NCBI GenBank assembly: GCA_013239625.1
Contig: MU053561.1
Location: forward strand, 3,240,283 to 3,304,282
DNA length: 64,000 bases
Source: Lama guanicoe
Taxonomy: Eukaryota
Direction: 5' to 3'
Shown here: piece after piece, positions 48,196 to 60,783 of the stretch
How the letters are laid out: every line of letters starts with the position of its first letter
Position numbering within the stretch: position 1 is the stretch's first letter
Notes under the pieces: generated by a model
The model's database searches: none
What the model was told of the DNA's origin: nothing
What the model saw: the letters and a program-made list of their open reading frames with translations, nothing else
Made by a program: the position numbers and the translations under genes

Positions 48196-50296
48196 TCAAA
48201 GAGTGCAAGGGAGACCAGAAGGCACCCGAGGAGGGGCGGGGTGCTTCCTGCCACCACCCCCTTTGACTGCCCTCAAGTCCCCGTCCATACCTACTTGACC
48301 TTACCCACCTGGTGGCAGACCCGGGCCCCTGTCCTCTCACCTGCACCTGTGTCTTCTACCTGCACCCGTACTTTCCTCCTCAGCACCATGCCCTGTCCCC
48401 TGTGTCCCTGTTCTCACTCCTGTCCGCTCACCTTTGCCCCATCTTCTTACCCCTTCCCCAGAGGGTGTGGCTTTTTTGCAGTTTCAGGAAGGGTGAAGCT
48501 GTTGGAGCCTAGTTAACCTCAAGTCAATTCACCCTAGTGAGTTTACCTCCCCAACTGGAGCGTAAGCTCTCCGAGAAGAAAAGGAACTAACACATTAAAA
48601 AAAAATTGAACTCCCAACCCCTGGCAGGCATGTCTGTGTGCTTTAGCCCATCGAATCCTCAGAAGAACCTTGTAAGCAGATATTTTTATCTCTGTTTCAC
48701 AGAACACTAAGCTCGGAGAGCTTGTCGCTTACCCAGTGTCTCACAGCCAGGACTCAAGCAGAGCTCTGATTGGCCCCCCACTCCAAGCTTTCTGTGCCAT
48801 GGCACTGGGGACCACACCACACCCTTCCTGTACTTCCCAGCTCATTTCCTCCAAGATGCTGGCGCTGGGGAAATGTTTGCATAATGATGGAAGCAGTTTA
48901 CACTTCAGCCAGCATGTTGATTAAATAGTCTTTGTATTACTTTTTCATTAAAGCTTCATCTCCCCAAAGCTTAAAGTAGGACTGGAAATTTGCCATGTTT
49001 GACCTATTTTCATCCATTAGCATAAGTTATCAAATTACAGAACTGAGGAGCCCTTTGATAAAGGAGCAGGGAGCCCAGGCCATCTCAGGGTGGGGAGACG
49101 GGGTACCACTAAGAACATGGGTCCTGGAAGCACTGAGGGAGAGAAAGGAGGAGGGCTGTGAGTGGCACAGAAGAGAAAAGACAAATGTTTTGTGGCAGAG
49201 TGGAGGGATCCCCAGACATAGTGGAGGAAACCTGGACTCTGGTTCCATCTCTGCTGCCCATTGGCTGAGAACATGGGTTTAACACCTGGGCTTCCACTTC
49301 CTCCTCTAAAAACTGAGAGGCTACCAGCGTCACCAGGGTGATACCATTAGGTGGAATGAGATGATGTGTGTGAATGTTGCTGGTGAAGAACCAAAAGAGG
49401 CATTTACAGTGCTCCCCAGGTCACTCTACTGACATAACGTTCCCTTTGTACTTTAGACCGAAAGTTCTCAGTCTAAAAGACAGGATGCTGTGAGCTTGCT
49501 TTAAGTGCTTTAGAGGCAGGGGTCATCTTTACAACTCCCCCCATCCCATCTCCTGGGACCTAGAACGGTGCCTTGCACAGAGCTGTCATTCAGAGAGATC
49601 TGCCTGAGTGAATGATGAATAAGTGAACCTAACTCATGACGGCTCAAGCAGTGGCCCTATGCCATCATCACTGTCATGCTCCTTGACCTTCCTCCCAAGT
49701 GCCCTCAAGTGCTAGCCTATCCAGCAGCAGCCCCTTGGAGGTGGATATGATGGGTGGGAGCAGCAATTAGGAGTGGGGCCATCATGGCGAGGGAAGTCCA
49801 GTTTACAGGTAAGAGGAGGTGCCTGAATCATCTCTTTGCTGGCTTCAAAGGCCTGGGGTTGGTGCAGGAATAGTCAAGGGCAAGAGTGAGACTAGGGAAG
49901 GATGCAGTGATCTGGCGATACATGGAAAGGGGGCTTCAAATTATTACATCAAAACAAAAGCAACAAACAAAAATAATAATGGATCTGATCAAATGACTTG
50001 TTAAAACACACAAACACACACACACACACAGATCATGCTTATAATCACTCTAGTTGATGAAAGAGCTAAGGAGAACAAGATTGGGTTTGGTGTTGGGAAC
50101 TTACAATGAAATATTTCCTTTGTGTGTGTGTGTGTGTTTTCTCTGAATCCCAGTAAACATCATGCTGGGATTCTATCCAGAGGTGGTAATAAACAGACTG
50201 CTCATTTCCAGCTGCAATTCTTGATTGCTTTTGGCAGCAAAAGTACTGCTCAGAGTTAAGATGGGAGAAGATCTGGTGCTAACGAAAGATGGATTC

Positions 50297-50787
50297 TTTT
50301 AGTGGGCTGAATGATGGCTTCCCAAAAGATACAACTACGTTCTAATCTCCAGAATGCATGAATGATACCTGACTGGGGAAAAGGGTCTTTGGAGACATAA
50401 CTAAACTAAGAATCTTGGGATGTGATCATCCTGGATTATCCAGTGGGCCCTAAATATGATGACTGGTATCTTTGTAACAGAAGGGCAGAGGGTGATTGGA
50501 GACAAGGGAAGGAGAGAAGACACCAAGGGGAGAAGGTGATGTCCAGACAGAGGCAGAGATAGGACCGATGTGGCTACAAGCCACGGCACGCCGAGGATTG
50601 TTAACATTCACTGAAAGCTAAAAAAGCGTCACGGAGTGGCTTCTCTCCCAGAGCCTCGGAATGGAGTCTGGCCCTGCTAACACCATGATTTTGGACTGTT
50701 GTCTCCAGAACAGTGAGAAAATAAATTACTGCGTTCAATCATCTAATTTGGGATAAGTCGCTGCAGTAGCCTCATGGAACTGGTGCA
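50297..50787 (+). mobile_element. MaLR solo LTR (MLT1C-like), near full length
   Basis: 'agtgggctgaatgatggcttcccaaaagata', 'gatcatcctggattatccagtgggccctaaat', 'ggccctgctaacaccatgattttggact', 'cagaacagtgagaaaataaatt'. Confidence 0.9.
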
Positions 50788-51439
50788 ATTCTGAAATTCC
50801 CGTTTCTCACAAACGTTCAATGTGAAAGAAATTAACACTCAACCCTCAGTCCAAACCGCAGGGCTGAGAAGCCCCCATGGAAGCCACGGCCGGCTTCTCT
50901 GGGCCCAGTATTGTCTTGGAGCATTTCCCCAGGGCATGACTCCCCCGTCAGAACCCCACCCCTGTCACTGTGCTGTGGGTCTTGTATAACCTTCCCCAGA
51001 AATGTGCTCTGCTGAGCCCCACACCCCAGCCCACAAGAGCGTATAACACTATGTCTCACCTCCCCAGGTCAAGGGCTCGGAGGCTTGAATGTGTTCAGAG
51101 GTACCTGAAACCCTCATAATGAAGGAAGGCTGATTCTGGCTCTGGGAGCATTTTTGTAGCACCTTGCTTGTACCACACAACCTCATCACCATTAAGCACT
51201 AAATAACCACATGCTGGTGCTTAAGTCCAGCCTATGTCCCTACGAGTCCTGCCTGGGTAACTGGCGAATGGGATGGAATGGAGTCCTGATTTCCTCTACA
51301 TCTCCTTCAAAAGCTCCTGGACCCCCAAGTCCTCAGGGCACCTGTGCTGGTCTGATCTTCTCTCTGCAGGGCTCATTGTGCTGCTCCTCTCGCCCCACCC
51401 ACAAAGTGAGCCTGTCCCATGCCTGTTGGTCTAGGCCTT

Positions 51440-52450
51440 TCTCCAATGCTAGGGAGAATGATCATAAATGCATTAATTAGGTCAGCTCAGGAGTTTGACA
51501 AATTTCTCATGATGGACACCAGATGGAGAAAGGTGGTTTGGACAGTGTATCCTTGGGCAGATTCATAGTTGGCCGAAGGCCCTAACCCTGTAAAAAAAAA
51601 AAAATCCCTGGCCTCCCAGTTTCTTGCTCTTGGACCAGTAATAGTCAATATTTTAATCAATTATTTGAATAAAGTCAAAGAGGCAAGCTTCTCTAATTCA
51701 CAAATGACCCAACTTGGAACAATGTGAAAAACATGCTTGCTTCCACACTCAGTGTTTTCTAAAATCTGAAATCATGGACCACAAAGAATAAATCAGAATC
51801 AATGTAACTTCTTTCACTTAGTTTCAAAAAGTGAGCCACACAATCAAAAGACAGGTTAACAACCCTTCATGAGCAAGAACTAGGGGTTTTAGTTTACTTG
51901 AAGCTCAAGATGAATCCACAGTCTGAGAAGAATTAAAAAGACATAAATTGAGGTCGCATTTCTAGGGTGTACAGATCCAGACCAAGGACGGTGATGGTTC
52001 GGATGGGTTCTGCACAGGCCGGCTGCCGCTGTGAATGTGGTTCTGGGTATCACGGTTGAAGAGAGGCATTGGCTCATTGGTGAGTACCCAGAGAGGCAAA
52101 TCAGATTGAGGAAGAGCTTAACCTGAGCACAACTGCTTTTTCAGTCCAGAAAAGAAAAGATTCAGGAAACATGTTATCTACCTTCACATATCAGAAGAGC
52201 CGTCCACTTAGAAGGGCTGAGGTGTAGGTGGGGGCAGGCTGAAGTCTTGTGCATCTTCAGAGAGGGACACAAAGACAAAGAATAGCCTAAAGGGGCCAGA
52301 TTTGATTTTATATCTAAGCAGTAGGGTGGTCTTCCTTGTGAGCAGGTGACAGTCCCATCCTTGGAAATATTCAATCAAAACTATCATCCCAGTGATCACT
52401 GAGCTGGGCTAGACTGGACTCACTGACTGGTTGGGTTCCTCTTCCACCTT
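51440..52450 (+). mobile_element. CR1/L3 LINE relic (~1 kb)
   Basis: 'gagtttgacaaatttctcatga', 'agatggagaaaggtggtttggac', 'aactaggggttttagtttac...aagctcaagatgaatccacag', 'agaaaagaaaagattcagg', 'cccatccttggaaatattcaa'. Confidence 0.8.
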
Positions 52451-52859
52451 CGCCACTATGCCTATGTCCTCCTAGAAGCCACAGGATTGGTCAAAAAGGT
52501 TGCCTTTTCCAGACCAAGAATGGCCATTTCTGGTTAGAGTCTCAAGTGGCATTGTCCCTGGTTCAAATTTCTAAATAAGCTCTCACAGTCCATTTGAACA
52601 AGTCTTTTGGATAATGTTGCATTACTTGTATTTAGTATTTTATTATGATTATTTTGATTCCAGGTGAAAGATACTTATGTCATCTTGTGGAAAAAGGGGA
52701 ATTTTTTTCATATAATGAATATGATGTGTTCAGTTAATTCAGGAGGACAGAGGTGGAGACTGTCTCGGACACCATCAGTCAGTCTCCCTCTCTGAAATCT
52801 GCTTCGTCCATTCAGAACTCAGGACTGGAGAGAGCTCCAGGCTGACTTCATCTGAGCTG

Positions 52860-53105
52860 GTAACCCGAGAGAACAAAGCCATATACGTTCTTCCTAGGGA
52901 AGAACTCTGATTGGCTCAGCCTGGGTCATGTGTTCGCCTCTCAGATGAATCACTGTGCCAGATAATTGGGGACTGTGATTGGCCAGACCTGGGTCACTTT
53001 CTCACTATCCTGGCCCAGGAGAGGGGACAGCAATTAGCAGCCAAACCAGAATCACATGGATAGGTAATGGAAGGAAGTTTCCTGGCAGAGAAAACAACAT
53101 TCATA
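52860..53105 (-). mobile_element. MaLR LTR relic (MLT1K-like)
   Basis: 'tctgattggctcagcctgggtcatgtg...aatcactgtgccag...gattggccagacctgggtcac'. Confidence 0.65.
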
Positions 53106-53679
53106 AAACACTACTGTGCTTAATAGTTTAAGAGCACTTTCGCACACACGTCATCTGATCTGCAGTCTAACCCCGCGAGGAGCATGGAGCACACAAGATT
53201 TTTCTCCACCACATGATGCCGCTTCCCCTTAGAGATGCAACTGGTCACACAGGCAAAATACTTTGAATTTCTTCAAGAACACTGTCACAGGAGGATCGAT
53301 TCATTGAGTGCCTTTTATTGTCATCTGACACAATCCTTGCACACTGCCAGCTCAAGAGTTTTCAACTGAACTCCTGAGTTTTCAGAGAGCAGGTCCCTGG
53401 GGAGTAGAGCCTCACATCACAGTGAATCAGCAGCAAAGCCATCACTTCACTCCCTGGGGACCCACTTCTGAAGCACAGATCCTCCCTCTTTTCCCTCAGA
53501 CTCTTCCCTGGCTCCTTCTCTGCCAGGAAAATCAGAGATGCCATTAGGAGATGTCATTTCAAGCAGAACTGCAATTGGCAACAGGTCATTTACTAATATG
53601 TGCATTCATTTTCTTTATTCTTTTGTTAATCTACGCATCTGTTCTTTGACACACTGAAACTGCATTGAGAACGTGTACA

Positions 53680-54100
53680 CTGATTAGTGATGAGGCAAAG
53701 CAATTTTAATAGAGATCTCAAAATAGAATAGTGTGAGAAAAATAGGATTGTATCTGTCTCTCACATAGATGTGTAGGGTGAGCTGTCCAAGGGGTGGGGA
53801 GCTTTGATAGAGTCCCAAGTCCCTTTCATCTTGTCGCTCTGCCATCCCTGCTATGTCTGCGTCCCAGCCCATGGGAAAGGGGAAACACAAAAGGGACAAG
53901 CTAGTCTATTATTAGGAAGGTGAAGTGGATGTTCCCCTAACTTCTGCTCTTACCCCTTTGTGGAAACCAGGTAGGGCTGTGCCTAGCTGCAAAGGAGTTG
54001 GGAAATGTAGCTCTAGCTCGGCAGCCATGAATTCAGCTAAGACTTATTAAAAGGAAGAAGAAGAGAATGGCTTATGGGAAGAGTAGCAGTGCCTGCCACA
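53680..54100 (-). mobile_element. ERVL solo LTR (LTR16-like)
   Basis: 'cctagctgcaaaggagttgggaaatgtag' (reverse of the LTR16 ctacatttccca motif); ends 'gcctgccaca'. Confidence 0.75.
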
Positions 54101-54960
54101 ATCTGCTCGACATAAAACAGGGTGAGAGGTAAGATGAAAATTGCACAGGGCTGGTCTCAGATTGCTTATAAACTCGTGGGAAGCAAGGCAATGCAGAAGG
54201 AGGAGCAATACAGAGGCAATACAAATTGCTTTAAAAGCTCAGAGGAGAAGGAGGGATGACTTGAACTTGAGATAATTAGACTGACTCCTGAAGGAGGTGG
54301 CATTTGAGCTAGTTAGTGTGGGCTTGAAAGATGGATATAAACCTGAAAATGGAAATGGGGTGAGGCCAGCAAGCAGGGCAAAGAGCAGTGACAACTGCAA
54401 AGCCAAGGGCAGGTTTTCATGCAAATGAGGACCCTTCAGTGGCACCTTCCTGACAGCACTACACACCTGCTCCCCCGTTCACCATTTCTGTACCCCTCTG
54501 TGTTATCGCCTGCCAGCTGCCAGCATCCTCCTGGTCTTGGAAGAGACAGAGGCATGCAGATGTGCGGGATATTTTTCTCACTGTGGCTAGGCAGCTTTCC
54601 CTTGAGTCATCTTCCATCCTATTGGAGCAAGAGAGGCCTCGAGGCCTAAGGAGGTAGGCCAGGCAGTGAGTTAGAGGGAAGAGACCTGGAGTCTAATAAC
54701 TTATTCATGACAAACCTTTTCAGAGCTTCGCAGTTTACAGAGCATGCTGACCTGTAGAATTTCATTTGCTTCTTACCTCAACTCAGACCGGCTGAAGCCA
54801 TACATCATATAAGAAATGCTTTGTCCAATCAGCAGTGCTGCAGAAGGGAATTCATTGTTCTAGCAACACCAAAATCTTATTTCAGATTCCATTGATTCTG
54901 AATGTGCGGTCATTTGCACAAGGCTTTGGGCTGACTGTGATCTTTCCACTTGCGATAACT

Positions 54961-55420
54961 GAAAAGATTTGCTAGGCAAATTAACACTGTGGCCAAGATT
55001 GTAGCCAGACACTCATCGCCGACAGAGAACAACCGTTTTCGGTGAGAACTGTGGCACGACTGTAAGCGTATGGGATTTCGATTAATTTTGAACAATGCTC
55101 TTTTCATTTAAGTAGGTCTGGCGGGACTTCTACAAGGCAATAAAACTTGGTTAATCATTTGTTTGAGCTCCTGAAAATTCGAAAGAGTAAGAGAAATTGC
55201 TAAGCAAATTAGTTTGGGGCCTCATAGAGAGCATGTAAGTGTTTGAGAAAAGACTGGACAACCGTTTGGCCAGGACGTTGAAGAGGAGATCCTGGCACCC
55301 GATGGCAGTTTGGATTAATTTTGGCAGGGAACATACTTCCTTTTCCTTTTCCCCTAAAATCTCCATAAAAGCTCCATCAAACTGACACATACACAGAGCA
55401 ATTCTGGTTAAAGTGAGGAG
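54961..55420. repeat. Highly diverged ~230-bp tandem duplication with conserved motif islands
   Basis: ttgcta(g/a)gcaaatta 54969/55197, acaaccgttt 55029/55258, gattaattttg 55080/55313 (offsets 228, 229, 233). Confidence 0.7.
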
Positions 55421-55549
55421 TGTGTCCCCCTGAGTTCTCACCCCTCCCCCTCACTCCTCTCCAGGCGCCTTCGTCCAGGTGGATGAAGAACTCCAAGCTC
55501 TAGTGATGTTTAAGATGTCTTTGAATCCTGTGTCTATAAGCTTGAGACC

Positions 55550-55735
55550 CGCAATAAATAGCAGCCGACACATATTCGGAGCCTGTTCTGTGGCAAGTCT
55601 AGGCTAAGTGCTTGCTTTTACAGAGGAGGAAAGAGAGGCTTTGAGAATTTAAGAAACTGGTCCGCGACCACACTAACGGGGCATGGTGGAGCTGGGTTTG
55701 GGCCCGGTCTCACAGATACAAAGAACATGCTTTTA
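55550..55735 (-). mobile_element. MIR SINE relic
   Basis: 'ttttacagaggaggaaagagaggctttgagaatttaagaaactggtccgcgaccacac'. Confidence 0.75.
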
Positions 55736-56144
55736 TAATCATTCTCCTTACAGATCACACCTTAGTGCTAACAGCTCCCTCTCTGTTTAATGGGACATGA
55801 ATTCATGGCCTTACTCCCTGCCTTTTTAATACTTTATGTCCTTGCAAAACCCAGAGGATGAAGACCCATCTTCCAACTGTAAGTCTTGAAGCCTGAACAA
55901 GAAAGCTGGGTAACGTGTCCCTGTTCTCAGGAGCCTGGAGCCTGGGGGAGACGTGGCCAACAGCTGAGTAGCTCAAGAAGAGGGTCTCAGGAAGATGACA
56001 CCTAAACTCATACTACATCCTGTGTTTCAAAGTGGATGCATATTTGCTGGGGGTACGGAGGGGGCTCCAGAAATCAGACATGTGGGATGAATATAGAGCC
56101 AAGGGAACAATTTCTGCAGCTTCAGTTTGGTTATTTCGTCTGAA

Positions 56145-56640
56145 GGGCATTTATCCATCAGACGTTTATTGAGCCCCATGCTACGCCAGGCACTGGGCTG
56201 AGTGTTGGGGACATGGAAAAAAAAATGAGGCCCTTGGCTCTCAAGGGAGATGACTTGTTGAAATATAACAATGTTCAGAAAATGAAAACAATGGATGGGC
56301 AGGGAGCTGTCAGAGCTGAAGCAGCTGCGGGAACTAGCTCTCACTGCAGGGCTCGGTCGGGGACATCTGTTAAGTGCTGTACTGCGGTCACAAAGCGGGA
56401 GGTGAGCCCTGTTCCCTGGAGGGTAGGGGTCAAAAAAGACTTCATCACTAACACTTTAATGAATCCTCAGGATGACGCTGCAGTCTTACAGAGAAATCTG
56501 GCCGCTGGAGAGAGGACCCCGCGAGAGGTCGCCAGGCTGCCTCTGCAGCCTTGGGCTCCCGGGGCTGTTGGCTCCCACTGCAGACGTTTAGAGAACAGGC
56601 CAGGATTGATGGGAGGATTCGAGGCTGTTTGTTCACCTCA
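56145..56640 (-). mobile_element. L2 relic
   Basis: 'catttatccatcagacgtttattgagccccatgctacgccaggcactgggctgagtgttggggac' is a reverse L2 tail. Confidence 0.7.
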
Positions 56641-57669
56641 GATACCCTCTCACTTCACAGAAGGGAGGCTGCACTCCCTTTGTGGACAAACTCCTTCTGG
56701 CTGAAACACTTAGGACTCTGTCCACCTGGTGGGTCCCTGCCCACCGGGGGCACTGCGTTCTCATTCCAGGGTTCTCTGTTATCTTGACAGGAGAGAAGCT
56801 GCAGGAGACACAGGAGCTGCTGGCTTCTGGGGGGTTAAGGATGAAGGAATGGAAGATCAGGCTGAGGGGAGATGAGTCCCTGACGAAAGGATTTGTACTC
56901 CCTTGGTTTTGATGCTGATTTCCAGTCTGCACCACTGCACAAGCTCTCTCCAACACTGACAGGTGACAGACTTGCCTTCTCAGGCCTTCTCTTAAACGCT
57001 TTGAGTTTCAAGAAACAGGATCTCACTCAGATTGCTTCAAGTAGGGGCCTTATTTGCATGCCTGTGCTTGGCTGCAAAGACTACTGGACGCTCATCGGAA
57101 CCCAGGGACTGCAGCAGACTTGGCTCCACCATGGCCAGAAGAGGGACCAGAGCCAGAACCACAGGACCCCAGGATAGCAATAATCTCCTCCCTCTCTCTC
57201 TCTCTCCTCATCTTGGCCCCATGGGCTCTTCAATTCCACGTCACTATGGAAACCACCCTCCCCTCCTCCTGGTGTTGCTGCTGGAAATTCTGTAACCTCA
57301 TCCTGCCCCACAACTTCCACTGCATCAGGAGCCCTGCTGCCTCCACAGCCCGCTTGACAGCCTACTCTCTGTGGAGTTTTCGCAGTTTCTCTTTCTGCCC
57401 CCAAGCCCACCAGCCCTCTCTCCACAACCTATAGCTCACATTCCTGCTTGGCTAGAAACTTCTTGCAAAATTGCTTGCCCGCTGCTGGTTCAGGCAGCCA
57501 CAGCCAGACGGCCAGTCACGTGGGATCGCAATGGTTTCTGAGGAAGGAATGTCCCTTAATAGAGGGCTTTGGGCTGATTCCATAACCCCACCTCCCCCGT
57601 TGCCCCTCACCTCCCTGAAAAGGGAGATCTAGGCATTGATGTCTCAGGGCCCCTGCTTTCAGACACAGG

Positions 57670-58150
57670 TTCTGAGTAGGAGGACCTTAAAGGTCATCTA
57701 GTCCAAAGACCCCATGAGGCTGAGATTCCTTGTACCACAGCCTGACCAAGACATTGTCCGGCCTCTTTTTAAATACCCCCTGGGACAAGGAGCCCAGGCC
57801 TTCTAAAGCAATTCAGTCAACCTGCGGTCCATTCTGCCTACAGAAGGAAATTCTCCTTCTCTTGAGTCTGAATCTGCCTTGCCCCATATTCTGCTGAGGA
57901 CAATACCACTGGCCCTATTCTATCCTTACAGGCCTTAATGAGCTGGTTTAATCCCTTTTAAATATTGTGCCCTCTTGGATACCAGATGATAGTTTCCTCG
58001 CATCGCTCTTTCAAGAAACAAATTCCCTCCAGTTTTTACGAGCACTCCTCATGTGACTTATTTTGGACTTTTTTAAATCTTAGGACTCTCTCATTCTCCC
58101 TGGAAAATGCTCTCCCATTTACCCATGTCCCTTTCAAGATGAGGAGTAGC
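57670..58150 (-). mobile_element. CR1/L3 LINE 3' relic
   Basis: 'ggaccttaaaggtcatctagtcca', 'ccggcctctttttaaataccccctgggacaaggagc', 'gaaggaaattctccttctcttgagtctgaatctgcctt', 'cactcctcatgtgac'. Confidence 0.75.
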
Positions 58151-58371
58151 CCTCTAGGGGACAAGCTCCCAGCAGGCATGGCTAGGTCTGCTCCCCATGC
58201 CGGATGTCTGGTTGTTCCTCTTATACTTCGTTCTCTCAAGGGCTTCCACGGCCCCCCACCATCCTGCTGGGTAGCATATTGTCCTCTGCACTACTTCTGA
58301 TCTGAGGATGTGCATATTTGTAAAAACTGAATCAGTCAAAGACCACGAGGGACAACCTGCAGTCTGGGACA

Positions 58372-58396
58372 TACACACACACACACACACACACAT
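58372..58396. repeat. (CA)n microsatellite
   Basis: Direct reading of the sequence. Confidence 0.9.
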
Positions 58397-58999
58397 CACA
58401 GTTAGATTTCCTGGCTTGTTGCGTAAGGAGAACACTTCAGAGAAACAGTGGCCAAGAGGGAGGTGGGAAGCATCCGCCATGAGATGTGTGTTCCTGCAGA
58501 AGGATTCCAGGGGGCGGGGAGTGGGGAGGGGAACAGCGATCTGCCCTGGACTGGATGCTCTGATTCGGGACCAGGGCAAGCGGAGAGATGAAGGACTATC
58601 ATGACACCCATGTAGGCGCCTTACTCATTGAGTGTCCTCAGTCCTGGTCGGACTTAGCAAAGCGGGCTTGGGGTGCCCCCAGGGAGAATGTGGTGGTCAT
58701 TCATTTTATAGCTACTGCATGACCTTGGAAGAAACAAAGTTGCCTGTGAAGTCTGCAGCAGCTTTGATCTGTGTCCTCCTGGCCCGATTCACCAGAGGAC
58801 TCCTTTTTTCTCTTTCAGTCTGAGCTGATTTTCACTCTCGCAATCGCAGCTGGTTGCTTATTCCTTCAGCCTCTTTGTGGATTCAAGGGGCTTCAGGAGG
58901 TAGGAGGGGCGTTGAGCATAATTCCACCATGTGTTTTCAATGAGATCCCCAGGCAAACGACAGGCTCAGTGGTTGTTCTTGCCAGACCCTCTTCTTTTC

Positions 59000-60270
59000 A
59001 CTCCTCCCACTGTCATTCTTATTCAGGTCTTCACTTGGACTGTGGCCATAGTCTCCAAGTGCCCCCAGATCTCTCGTCTGAGCCCCAGCTCCCTTCATCC
59101 AACTGTCTGCCCAATAGCCCCACTGGAAGTCCAACAGGCCTTTCAAATTCAATACCTTCAGTTCAATTCTATTGATCACTTGCACCTGCCTTCGAGTTGC
59201 TATCACGTGCACTGTGCCTCCAACCGCCCAGGCATTCAACCAGGCAGACTCCTCACCCAAGATGCCTCCCTCCCCAGTAGGTCCAAATGGTTTCCATTGC
59301 TTATCAGTTATTCCTCCTAAATATCTTTTAAACCTGCTGCTTCTCTCTCTCTCTGTCTTACGTCCTTTGATCCTTTGCTTGGATTAATATAAAAGCCTCA
59401 TAACCCATATCCCCCCTCCAGTCTCTTCTCCTTCTAATCCACTGAACGCCCTGCTGTCAGAGAGAAAACAGAAGAACGCAAATCTGAGCCTCTCCTTACC
59501 CATGAGATGTCCTCTAACAGCGTCTTATCACCTACCGTGAAACCTGAAATCGCTTCCACAGCCCATGAGGCTTTTCATTGACGGGCTCATTCCCCCAACC
59601 TTGTTTTCTACCACTGCTTCCCTTTTACCATGTGATCCGGTCACAGAGAACCACTGGCTCCCTGGACTGGCTTGCCCTTCGTCCTCTCCCGCCTCAGGAC
59701 AGGCCGTCCCCACTGCCTGGGATGTGAGAAATAATAACGACAAGAATACTGTTACTGTTTATGGGTCACGTACTGTAGGTCAGACACTCTGCTAATGAAA
59801 CCAGGTGCATCAGCATAATAATTCTGTAAAAAGGTGCTCTCGTGATCTCCACTTTACAAATGAAGAAACTAAGGCTTAGGAGAGGTTAAGAGACTTACCT
59901 GAGGTCTCACAGCTGATAAGTGGCAGAGCCAGGATGTGAATTCAGGTTTCAATGAGACAGATCCCGCTGCATCTCCTCCGGTGGATGTGATCAATTTCGG
60001 TCACGTTCTAAAACCCAACGGCCACATCCCTTTGTCCTGAAACCTTCTCTGGCCTCTCCTTCTTAAGCAGTTTGTTAATTCCCTCCTTTCTGCTGCTGCA
60101 CCTTGTTCATAACTGCATTATATCAACCATCTCCCTTCTTTCCTGGACCTGCCGGCGGTGCCTATTCATGTATCACAGCCCTCTCTCTCCAGGCAGCCAT
60201 GCTGTATACCGTGGGTTTTACCTCCAACCCAGGCTGTGGCTGACTGAACATGGAACAGACACCTGACCCC
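59000..60270 (+). mobile_element. L2 relic interrupted by a MIR (- strand, ~59730-59960)
   Basis: 'ccccagatctctcgtctgagccccag...tccaactgtctgccc', 'ccccactgcctgggatg'; MIR 'ctccactttacaaatgaagaaactaaggcttaggagaggttaagagacttacctgaggtctcacagct'. Confidence 0.75.
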
Positions 60271-60559
60271 AAAGGGCTCGTCTGCAGGCTTGGACTAGAG
60301 CCGTGACGTGTACGTGTATCTGTCTAAACGGAGAGCTCCTGGAAGCTGTGTCGGCCGTGGAAGTGCTCCACTCAGATCTACAAAAGCACCTGCTATGGGC
60401 AATGAACTTGACAGCCTCCAGCTGCTGCCTTTTGTATCCATCATGGCGTTCCCACTTCTCCCAGTCTGTCCTCAGCCAGCAAGAACACCGGGGGTCCTGG
60501 AGCTGGTCTGTTCCTGCCCCAGGGGGAGCTCCTCCCTCCAGCAGCCTTGGTTTGGGAAG

Positions 60560-60783
60560 CTCTCCGCTGGCCTGGCTGAGACCTGCTCAGAGCTGCCCTG
60601 GGTCTGACCCTCCTCCTTCCTGCGCTTTTTCACAGGTGTTGTTAGACCTGCATCAAGTCTGAAGACTCTCCTCACCTGCTCCTGCTTCTCTCTCCTTAAT
60701 CTTTCACAGGCATTTCCCCCGTACATTTCTTACACCTCAAATTGTTTTGGTGTCTGCTTCGTGGATGATTCTAAAATGACACA
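60560..60783 (+). mobile_element. ERVL LTR 3' part
   Basis: Ends 'ttttggtgtctgcttcgtggatgattctaaaatgacaca', typical of ERVL LTR termini. Confidence 0.5.

Noticed and set aside
49778..49814. Kozak-like gccatcATGG followed by a CAG|GTAAGA donor (MAREVQFT...)
   Set aside because: There is no promoter or CpG context and no downstream partner exon, and one such match in 64 kb is expected by chance.
54982..54990. TAACACTGT resembling the miR-200a/miR-141 5' end
   Set aside because: The match stops after 9 nt and there is no precursor hairpin.
56213..56704. 163-aa ORF
   Set aside because: It lies antisense over a decayed L2 and has no recognisable domain.
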